Shown piece after piece: positions 53,316 to 64,000 of a DNA stretch of 64,000 nucleotides. Position 1 is the stretch's first letter, and each line of letters opens with the position of its first letter. The translations under genes were made by a program, and so were the position numbers. The stretch lies in NCBI RefSeq assembly GCF_001194135.2, contig NC_069007.1, positions 1,264,274 to 1,328,273 on the forward strand, written 5' to 3'. A model generated the notes under the pieces. That model saw nothing but the letters and a program-made list of their open reading frames with translations. It did not search any database and was not told the DNA's origin. The stretch is from Octopus bimaculoides. Its lineage: Eukaryota.

Positions 53316-53919
53316 TGTTTGTGTGTGTGAGCATTTGCGAGTATGAGTTTGTGCTTATGTATGTATATATTCAGTAAACACTCCAAACAACAGATTAATC
53401 ATAATCTTGGCGGAGATCTTCACGTCAATAACCTAGAGCGGTTTTTTTGTAATGTTAAAAAGAAGTTGAATTCATTCCACACAGCTGCAAAATATAATAC
53501 TTTTATAAAGAATATGTAATTTTATTTTCAACAATTAACTATATATTTGGAGGATATATCGCCGAAAGTATAACACTGGTAAGGCACGTTTTACATAAGA
53601 GAATGTGAAGGAGAAGAAGAATTCACCACCATTACACACTTCAAAATATGCTTAAATTTAGGTATTGAAGTGATGGTGTCGAATATTCATTTCTAAACAA
53701 TTGTAATTAATCCACAGGTTGTTACATGCTGATGATATAATAAAATATATTAACAGGAATGATATATTCAACACCTGATCAAATATTTCATGTCCTGCTA
53801 TATATTTACCTGACTTAAGTTTGACGTGAAAGATATGTTATATCCTTACGTTAATATATACTTGTGTGGGAGCTGTGAAAGTATACTGCAATATCAAGGA
53901 ACAGAGAATGAGAAATGAA

Positions 53920-54510
53920 ACGTCACAATAAAAGCAGGACCTCGTCGCTGCTTAATTTTGTGCACAAAATCACAGATAAGGGAAGCATCTCCACTAGCAG
54001 AAAAGTGGGATGCAGAGGATTTTTTGTGCATTGTGATTCATCACTGCTATCAGATGTAAATTGGTCTACATTAGAAATGAGATCAACAGGGTACGCAGTT
54101 ATTATAACGAAGTAGGAACCAAAACCACCAGAGTTGTAGAATTCCGAAAGGTCCTGATGGCGAACGGCCATCCTAACTCTTTCACCAAACATCAGAGCAT
54201 CACTAGGCCTTAAAACATCCCACACATCCAGGGATATCATGTGTTCCTTGAAACTGCATCATTTTAAGGAAAAAATGTGTCCGTCAGGAAAGATCCAATA
54301 TACGATTGGAACGCTCAGGACCGTCACGAATGCGAACCCCGACTAAAACTGGGCCAAGACAAAATAACGCCATATGTACAGAACACAACAACAATGAAAT
54401 GTCTCCAGCACTACGTAGTGCATAAAATCAAACATACTATCTGTAATGAATTCTACATCAGAATTGGTACACGGGTTACAGAAAAAATCTCTGATAATGC
54501 TTCTTTCGTC
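53920..54510 (+). mobile_element. Penelope-like retroelement remnant (RT C-terminus and GIY-YIG endonuclease)
   Basis: Plus-strand frames give ITDKGSISTSRK (TSVYRK-like), EFRKVLMANGHPNSF (L..NGYP..F-like) and YVVHKIKHTICNEFYIRIGTRVTEKISD (GIY-YIG VVYKIxCxxCxxxYIGxT-like). Confidence 0.85.
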
Positions 54511-54559
54511 TAAACCCACCAACGGCAATGTCACACACAGAGATTTGCTTATCAGTTGT

Positions 54560-54965
54560 TTCTCCTTAGCCAGTTGAGAGTGTCCCTTGGTGGCTGACGA
54601 TATGTGCATCTCTGATCATGAGCAGAAGTAGTGGGGGAGCATCATAGCCATATGTTGAAAGGATTTCTTTGGACTCTGAATAATTCGTCTCTGAAAGCAT
54701 GGGTATTTCTTTCATTATCCTTAAACGAACCTCATTCAGGGGCCTTTTGAGCGGGATGGCCTACTCGACCTGAAGAAATCTCTAACTGAGCACCACTTGC
54801 AAGGTCAAGCGCTATTTGTCACCATGACATGCACATTTGGTTTTGATGCATTTGCTTAGTGTGCCCTTATCAGACGGGTAGTCATGATGGGTATACTTTG
54901 TAAATTGTACCACGGCGTCAATTTGATGGCATGCGCTGCCCTCTCGCTCAATAATAATAATAATG
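54560..54965 (+). mobile_element. Non-autonomous retroelement / SINE-like repeat with an (AAT)n/(GAT)n tail
   Basis: GC-richer block ending ...ctgccctctcgctc(aat)n. I recall it as a frequent cephalopod repeat, but this was not checked against a database. Confidence 0.55.
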
Positions 54966-55171
54966 ATGACGATGATGATGCTATATAAGTGAATGTGAAC
55001 GCTTATGACTGTGTCAGGTTATGAGTGTGTATATACACACAGGTGAATGAAAGGTAGTATACAAAAATTTAAATATACACGTGATCAATATGTATATACG
55101 AATTATTTTTATATACATATGTGTGAGGGTATGTGTGTGTTTGTGAATAAATGAGTGCATATATAAGGATA

Positions 55172-55217
<46 letters not shown>

Positions 55218-55761
55218 NNNNNNNNNNNNNNNNNNNNNNNNNNNNNNNNNNNNNNNNNNNNNNNNNNNNNNNNNNNNNNNNNNNNNNNNNNNNNNNNNNN
55301 NNNNNNNNNNNNNNNNNNNNNNNNNNNNNNNNNNNNNNNNNNNNNNNNNNNNNNNNNNNNNNNNNNNNNNNNNNNNNNNNNNNNNNNNNNNNNNNNNNNN
55401 NNNNNNNNNNNNNNNNNNNNNNNNNNNNNNNNNNNNNNNNNNNNNNNNNNNNNNNNNNNNNNNNNNNNNNNNNNNNNNNNNNNNNNNNNNNNNNNNNNNN
55501 NNNNNNNNNNNNNNNNNNNNNNNNNNNNNNNNNNNNNNNNNNNNNNNNNNNNNNNNNNNNNNNNNNNNNNNNNNNNNNNNNNNNNNNNNNNNNNNNNNNN
55601 NNNNNNNNNNNNNNNNNNNNNNNNNNNNNNNNNNNNNNNNNNNNNNNNNNNNNNNNNNNNNNNNNNNNNNNNNNNNNNNNNNNNNNNNNNNNNNNNNNNN
55701 NNNNNNNNNNNNNNNNNNNNNNNNNNNNNNNNNNNNNNNNNNNNNNNNNNNNNNNNNNNNN

Positions 55762-55802
<41 letters not shown>

Positions 55803-55907
55803 TCTCTATGTGTATATGCATACACACACATTTATATATATACCATGGTTCATCACTTTTTTAAGCATCACTGTCTCTCTCTAAATACAACTATACACAG
55901 TTACCTA

Positions 55908-55946
<39 letters not shown>

Positions 55947-58144
55947 TATATATGTGGAGAATTTATGAGATTGCAATAAGTATTGGAAACTATATTACAC
56001 GAATACATACACAACATATATTCACACACACACACACACATATCTCTAATGTAAATAACATGAATATATGTACACAAATAGTATATATACATATGTGTAT
56101 GAATACTTTCTCTTTCTGTCTTCTCTCTCTTTATCTCTCTCCCTCACAGACAAACATATTTAACACACACACGTATGGATATGGAGGCAATTTGAATAAG
56201 ATTGTAATAACAATTGTGAGATTTCCAACAAGCATTTATTTCTTCACTTTTATGTAATTCTTTCCTAATTTATTTTTGCTGCTACCGTTTTTCGCCATAT
56301 ATAATTGATTCTCGTTCTAATCCTTAGTTATAAAGCTGATAACAGTATATTTGCTGAATTCCATATAATTTTCTTTTTCTAATTACATTTTATTTAACTT
56401 TAGTCTATTTTTTTTTATACTTGACTTGTGTGTAACATCTTTATATGATTTTCAATATTTATAACAATTCTCTGTAGAGATTAATATGTAATTTGATTTC
56501 TGTTGGTTAGACATGAAAATATTATCTTCCAATCACCAACATGAACATCTTCATCATCGCAACCACCACCATAACCAGCACCAACACATAACCTCCTACA
56601 ACGCCATCCTCGTCACCATCATCACTACGATAAACCGTTCTTCATTATCTCGCAAGAAGTATCTAGAACTGAAACAATTTCAACCACAATAGTAATAAAT
56701 ATAAGACATGGTGCTGATAAAAATATAATTAATACTAATCACAACAATTGTAACACACAAAAAAAAATCAACTGAATCGAACAATAACACACACGTTTGC
56801 CAGGCACATGGAGCTGTTCTCTACAGTTTCGTAAACACACACAGATACACAAATCACACATACACTCACATACACACACTCGCTGACAGACGTACATGTA
56901 TGTTCAAATTATTATATATGTGTATAAACGCACTACTATAGATAGATACGCACATGTCTATAGTATAAATATACATATACTTCAAATCGCGCGCATAAAC
57001 ACACATACGCATATATATACATGCATATATACATACACACACGCACATATATATATGTATACATAAAACATAATATAACTGTAGTTAAACTGATATAAGA
57101 ATAATTGAAATAATTATATATTTACTATGACGATGATAAGGAGCGTAACAATACTACTGATGATGATGATGATGATGATGATGACGATGGTTACAATAAA
57201 TCATATAAATATTTAAAATAACAATAATAGCAAATGGTTCGATGAAAATACTATATTTCAGAACTGTAAAACAAAAAGAAAAACCAAATAGTAATAATGA
57301 TAATAATAATAATAATAACAAAAACAACAATACTAATAATAATTATAATAAATATATAATAAATAATTAAAGACTGCAAAAAACAAGCAATAATAAAGAT
57401 TAATAATTATAATGAAAGAAAATATCGAATTATACAGAAGAGGAAAACATATTGGTTTTCTTTTCTTTCAACGTTTTTTTTATTATTTGTTTATTTGGTT
57501 TTTCTCTTAGTACAATTTTATTGTAATATGATTTATAAAGAATTAATACATTTACTGTGTGTACACTGCAATAATTTACAGTTAGAGACAAAGACAATTA
57601 CTACAAAACATAATCAAGTAGAGAACTGAATTGTAACATCATGGATGCCTATTGGTGACTGACTGCGCAGATATATCCTGACTAAATCGATTTCTGCTCT
57701 TAGAGGTACCTGTATACCATCTCTACTCAAGACCATATAAAAATACTCTTCTCCTTTCTTCTTGTCCCAACATCAACACCCTCGCAATAACAATTTAACC
57801 AAAAACCGATTTCAAACACTATCAATAGCCTGCTATTTCCTTCACGAACGCTCCATTTGTTGACGTCATGTCTACTTACAAATATTGAGACTGATACAAA
57901 CTACATAAAACTCATTTCTCACAAAGAAAACCCAGAAAATAAGCGACTGCCCATTCCTTCAGATGACTAAGACGAACCTGTCTCACTCCTGTCCTCTCTT
58001 CCAATAAAGTACAATCTTCTTCAAATGCCTAATTATAAGATGTTTCTTTACTTGTGAGAAGAGTAATCATTTTGGTACAATGCTTTCACAGAATTTTATT
58101 ATGAAACATTTTAATAAGCAACATTTAGTATGGCTTCACGTCGG

Positions 58145-58470
58145 CGCAATATCTGGCCACCTAACTCCCCTGACTGTAACCCCCTTGGTTATTATGTGTG
58201 GGATACAGTTGAGCAATAAACCAACAAAACTCCTGTAGCACAAAAGATGAACAGAAGGCAATGATTATGGCCGCATTTATCAACAAGGGGACCGTCAAGA
58301 AGATTTGCGGGAGGGGGTGAAGCCCATAGCAATTTTATTGAATAAATTTATTGTTTGGTGTATCGAGAAATTTTCATGTAACTTTGTAAATGTAACTGCT
58401 AAAATGAAATGTCAGTGTTATTTTCATCGTTGCGTAATTTAGACGATAGTTTATTCACCAAACTGTCTAT
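58145..58470 (+). mobile_element. Tc1/mariner transposase C-terminal remnant with 3' end
   Basis: IWPPNSPDCNPLGYYVWDTVEQ*TNKTP...KDE.KAMIMAAF...KGTVKKICGR contains the WPxxSPDxNPxDY motif. Confidence 0.9.
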
Positions 58471-58475
58471 ATACA

Positions 58476-58560
58476 TACGAGGTGGGTATTGAAAAGTTCC
58501 TAGCTTTAAGGGTGTCGCGAAAGGCCTGGCCGGAGGCCCAACCTTCCAAGTTCTTTTGCA
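58476..58560 (+). mobile_element. Terminal fragment of a mariner-derived non-autonomous element
   Basis: Begins TA-cgaggtgggtattgaaaagttcc, a mariner-type TIR start after a TA dinucleotide. Confidence 0.6.
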
Positions 58561-61500
58561 GTGATTGATCCAATGTTTTCGGAATACATTCGTTAACGGG
58601 TGTCATGCAATCGTTTCTGAAGTTAACATCATGTACAATCTCACACAAATGTGTGGTTTCATGTTTATATCTATCCCTATAGACATACAGATAATATGCC
58701 GATATCTTTACAGAAAGGATATCAAATGTTCCAAAGATACCATTTACAAATGACTTCAGGAACGTATTTCCTAATTATTTCAAAAATGTGGATTGATGTT
58801 CCAAATATGGAGTTCCTCGGATACCTTCATTCTTGAACGTGCCTATATATCCGATGATACTTAATTCCTACTTCGCAGTCTTTACATAATTGGTTGTGTA
58901 TCACACAATTTATAGTAATTAGGAACTGGATATTTGACACAATCCTTAACTCACCTCGCTATTTCACATCCAACAGCGATGGCAGCTTAACTTCTTGGCT
59001 TTTCTTCTGACTTCTGCATAACAACCAGTCATTTGTTACTGTCATGCCGATTATTAGTACACGTTTGCAATTTTTCTACAGAACATCCTGCTAAGCTGAT
59101 GACGTTGTGTTCTATCTAATAATAATAATAATATAATCTCTCGTGGTTTTAGTTCACTTTTAATATTGTGAAACATTTCACAAATTCCATTTAACATCGC
59201 CTCACACTGGCACAGACGTTTTGATTGGAATTATGTAAACTAATATTATATATTTTTATCTTAATTTTAGGTAATAAACTAACATACACCGAGGTTTCGC
59301 CTGAAGAATTTGGCTTGTAACTAGAAGATACCATGCTGCCAATGGACAGAAATGATCAGTCCTACATTTTCTTTCTGATCGACAGTATTTAGACTCAAGA
59401 TAAAATTCTAATACGGTTCCTCAAATATTAGTGAGGACCAACAATATCTTTTATTTGTAAAGATAAAACTTTTTTTAAAACGTTTGTTACCCTATAGATG
59501 TTTAGATATAATTAACCACCGATTCTTATTAATTGTATTAGTCTAAAAGCAAGAAGCAGGGAGAATCGTCAATGTTGCGGAAAAAATGAATTGTGGTATC
59601 TTTTCCACCTGTTTACGGACTGAATTTGAAACATTCTTGAGTTTGACTTCGATTTCCGTGTTATACTATTTTCATTTAAATCCCGTCAAGATCTACCTTA
59701 CTTTTCACCTATCTCGGGGTCGAGATAAAAGAGTACCATTCAACAACAAATTCTAGTAGCAGCGATTTACTCTTCTCTCTCCTCCAAACTGCGACTTTAT
59801 GCCTGAATCTGACGCTAAGGGATGCGAGTAGCCGAATCTTTGACCATCGGTGAAATGCTCTGTGATATATATTCCAGATTTTTATATTCTAATTTCCAAT
59901 CCCGCCAAAGTTCGTTTTGCTTTTCATGTGTCCAGGTTTGATCCCATAAAGTACCAGTTTATTTCACGGGTCGATATTATCATCGAAGTAATCATCGAAG
60001 CATTGAAGTAATTGTCTTCCAGTTCTTTACGATCTGCGTTCGATTCAAGTCGGTTTCTGATGAGTTCTTTATCTGTCGGAATCTCGAAGATAAAGAACCA
60101 AATAAATACTGGTATTCGTAGTATCGATCGACTTTACACACAAACCCTAACCCTTCACACAAAATTACAACCACTAAATATTTTGTTCTTCCATATCCGT
60201 TTATCCCTTCACTAGTTTCTACTTTTGGACTAAAGCCATTCTGTACCAGTCATACTGACACACACTTTCAGTTTTTATACGAATTTGTGATTGTTGTCTA
60301 TTTCTTTCGAATCACTAATTCGAACCCGGTTAAGTCTATTTATGGGATTGTCTCCCTTCCATGGACTAGAATGCCTCCAGAATCGACGACGCGAAGGTCA
60401 GACAAATACTAAATGATAAATTCTAGTTTCCAAGGACAAAAACACTCCCGCCTACGCGTAGGATTCCTCTACAAATTTTCGGTCAAGTAGGTTTTACTAA
60501 TAAAGCAAATACAGTAGATATGGAAAATCCTTATATCCAGCAATTTAAGGGAAAATTTCTTCTACAATCGTTGAGGAGTTCTACCCGAGATATCAGAAAT
60601 ACATTTCGTAACACATCATTAATTCTGCTACCTAGATTCCTTGTGTGCCAATTACACTTTGCTTCGATACCCCATTCATACATTTAAAACAATTTTTTTT
60701 TTACATATTCTAAACTTTATTATTCACAGTAGAATGCACATCCCTCATGAGAACGAACTTATATTTAATAAGATTGTTAAATACACAGTCATTAACGACC
60801 GCTACTATAAATGTATGAACGACGCAGTTAAGCACCTACAATGTTATACATACATACATACATGTATGTATATATTTGTATAACTATCTGTCTATCTGTT
60901 TACACACACACACACGTATGTATGTATGTACTGTAAATGACTTTGTTCAGCAAAATCTACCATTCGTTTCATTCAACCGCCCTAAGATGTCTACAGCAGA
61001 CAATAACTGAAAGAGTGTCATTGTTGTTGGTTTTCTTTCTCCATTTTCGTTTTCTGCTACTGTCTTCGTCTATTAGGAAAAGTGTATGATCCACAAGTAA
61101 CGGACTAACATTATGTATTCGGACGAATTTACAGAAGACAAATCACAGAAATAATATGAAAGAAAAAATATATATTTGTAGTCAGAAGTCGTTTCTATTC
61201 ACCCGTAGCTTCATTCAATTTCCTATTATTTTCATATCTATAAAATATTGCTAAAAGAAAAACACACGAAAAAAAAATCCTATATAAAACATCTTCAGAT
61301 TTTTAACAGAACAATTATGTGTGAAATATACTTATTCAACTGTCTTAATCTCACCAAGCAATATAACAGGAGAAATCTGACGCAAGCAGAAACCTGAAAG
61401 CTATTGTTTATCAAGCTTTTAGCTATTAAAATATATCGATGTCGAACTGTATAGGAACAGAGTTTAATATCCTGTAATCTATGTTTTCAATAAACAATTC

Positions 61501-62059
61501 TGTCAATACAAGAACAACCCCGGAACCAGATTTACAAATAAAGGATGTATGTACGCTACTCAATAGAGTTCTTTTTGTAATTTCCGGTTGTCATCGAATC
61601 AGTCGGAATCAAAGCCCTCGGGTCGGTGGTATTTTGAAAATTTTGACAGAACTCGTAGAAGCTATATCGCTTATACATTGGCATTTTGTTTTGATCAATT
61701 TCGTTTGGTTTTAGTTGGCTGTGTTACGTTAGATTTTGTTTCTTTATTTTCATTACTTTCATCTGATTTGGGTTCAGTTTGACACTAATTCTATCGTTTG
61801 CCGTTTCACATGATTCTAATTAACTCCACAAGTCTGTAATACGATTCCATAGCGGCGATGCCATGCGTTTTCAGGCTGAAAACATAATTAAGTGTCTTCA
61901 GATATAGAGACTGTTGCCTTCTACAATATTCCTCTTCTCCTGATGATATATGAACAAGATCAAATCAGTGTCAAATGGGATTGTTAATCTCAACACAGAT
62001 GCTGCTGTTGTTGTTATATTATTATTGTTGTTGTTGTGGTGGTGGTGGTTATAATGGAA

Positions 62060-62262
62060 GGAAGTGAGCTGGCAGAATTATTAACGCGCCAGACAAACCG
62101 CTTAGCAGCACTTCGCCTGTCCATACGTTGGGAGTCAAAAGTCGACGTTACCTTTGATCATTTCAAGATCGATAAAATAAGTACCAGTTAAGCACTGAAG
62201 TTGACGTCATCAACTCAGCCCCATCCTTGAAGTTACTGGCCTTGTGCTAAAATTTGAAACCG
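62060..62262 (+). mobile_element. SINE family B
   Basis: gagctggcagaattattaacgcgcc...gatcgataaaataagtaccagttaagcactg...ggccttgtgctaaaatttgaaacc. Confidence 0.8.
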
Positions 62263-62444
62263 TTCCGATTATTACTGTTGGTGATCTCGTAACTGATGGC
62301 GGTGCGGTAGTAGAAGCTTTATTGTTTGAATGGCCGTTTACGTGAATGCATGGGCTTATAATATGTAGTCTAAATATTAGTTTAAAATATTTTGGCAAAA
62401 CCCCAGAATTTTCGATTGCCTCCACCTCAGTTCTAAACTTCTAC

Positions 62445-62805
62445 TTCTATTATCGGCCCCGAAAGCATAAAAAGCAAAATCACCCTCGGCGAAATTTGAA
62501 CTCAGAACATAAAGAAGAACGAAAGGCCGCTAAACACTTTGCACGACGTGCTAACTATTCTGCCAGTTCGTCGCCTTACCCACGCGATAAATAACGATTT
62601 CAAATTCTAGCCCAAGGAAGAGAATGTAAGGCGAAGGAGTAAGTCGATTACATGAACCCCAGTACGCAATTGGTACTTATTTTATCGATCACGAAAGGAT
62701 GAGGGACAAAATCGAATAAGGCGGAATTTTAACCTAGAACATGAAAAAGTATGAAATGCTACTCAGCACCTCGCCCGGCGGGCTAATGATACTGCCAGCA
62801 TGCTA
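62445..62805 (-). mobile_element. Two SINE family B copies (62445-62580 and 62633-62805), inverted relative to 62060-62262
   Basis: Similar to the reverse complement of the preceding copy (atcgaccccgaaag...gcggaattt-aac-cagaac...gctaa-ga-tctgccag). Confidence 0.8.
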
Positions 62806-63963
62806 ACTTTACCACGAGATAAATATCAATATTTTATGTGGTTATATTGTTGTATGCACGTGAATAAGGAGTTTCAAATTATTTCTTTCTTCTCGGAAAT
62901 CACATTCATTTTTCGCGATTTCTTTTGTGTCTGTAAAATGCAATCGATCTTTCATGCCATAATTTAATATGAAGTGTCACATCCTTTGCAGGTCATGGCA
63001 TGTTTAATTGAAAGCAGACTGGCTCCACTATTTGATCACAGTGAGTCTAATTACCACAGGAGCACATAGAAACTTAATGCTGCCTGTTGGTATTGATAGC
63101 TGAAATTGTTTGAAGGAAGTATTCAAACAAACCATCTTGATGTCAATGAAAACCCTAATTATAAAAATCCCTTCAAGATTAACACAATTCATGTGACGTT
63201 GATGAAAGAAAAGTCGTAAAAGACAAGGAAATATTTAAACATGATGCTTGTGAAGATGCAACAGACTCGATTAAATTACACAGGACTCGCATTTCTTTAT
63301 CACAAAAAATAGGTCTATTATTTAACCATAGGCTACGGGAACACGTGGATAAACGAATGTAGATATAGGCGGACTCGCAGATTTGACTCATTAAAAGGTA
63401 ATAAAAATGAGGAAACAGAACTGGGAAAGAGTGTCGGAGAGGCAACATATGCTACGTAACCAATATTCGTTAAAGATTTTTACCAGAGCATTTTATAATG
63501 AGAAAAGACTGCTGAAATAGAAGCGTCACTGTACATAACATGATTGATTAACTGACTTTCTGATAGTAAGGCTTCCATGTGCGATACAAGCTTGTCACTA
63601 AGTATTACAATTTTAGTACATCTTGGATTAAAGCATAAACCGCAGAGGATTCGATAGAAACATATCTTCTTACGGAGTTGCTTAGGTACAATGAATATAA
63701 CCAAACGTGTGGCATGTTTGATATTTTGAAATGAAAATATATTGTATATCACGGCTACGTTAATCTTGTGTTGCAGTCATCTGACTTCCACCATGCAGCA
63801 GCACCACCTTGAAGGATTTTAGCGGAACAGACTGACCTCAGGACTAATTTTGCTGAAGTCTGTTACATATTTTATTGATCTGTTCTGCAGAACTACTCAG
63901 CAAAGCAACACTCGTTTTCAGTAGATAGTTGGACAGTAAAACGCAAATCACACATACATATAT

Positions 63964-64000
<37 letters not shown>

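Noticed and set aside
53923-54609. Long minus-strand frame (ORFs 53923..54240 and 54343..54609, same frame, two stops) that looks like a real exon
   Set aside because: It is the antisense of a Penelope-like RT/GIY-YIG remnant whose motifs are clear on the plus strand.
729-57048. Many ORFs rich in YI, HT, CV or X runs
   Set aside because: They are translations of (TA)n and (CA)n microsatellites and N gaps.
60058-60110. CTGATGA followed by an 11-bp hairpin (gttctttatct/agataaagaac)
   Set aside because: It is followed by CAAA rather than GAAA, and I could not form stems I and III.

Overview
This is AT-rich animal genomic DNA, dense in microsatellites ((TA)n, (CA)n, (GA)n, (TACA)n, (AAT)n, (GAT)n) and broken by many N gaps. 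The repeat families look cephalopod; Octopus is my inference. I see no rRNA, true tRNA or CRISPR array. Almost all ORFs in the supplied track are microsatellite, gap or antisense-of-transposon artefacts. Well-supported content is decayed mobile DNA: several tRNA-derived SINE families, CR1, RTE, R4/Dong-type and Penelope-like retroelements, and four Tc1/mariner and one hAT transposase remnants. The main non-repeat signal is a hand-built, phase-consistent six-exon gene model on the minus strand (about 42314 to 17910). It encodes an unrecognised protein of about 184 aa and is not visible in the ORF track. Other notable structure: three hammerhead-ribozyme-like motifs in Penelope-type repeats (one with a canonical core spanning a gap), a 113-nt near-perfect palindrome, an inverted pair of CTCF-like motifs and a 20-bp-phased TTAATTAA triplet. 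All calls were made by eye, without database searches.
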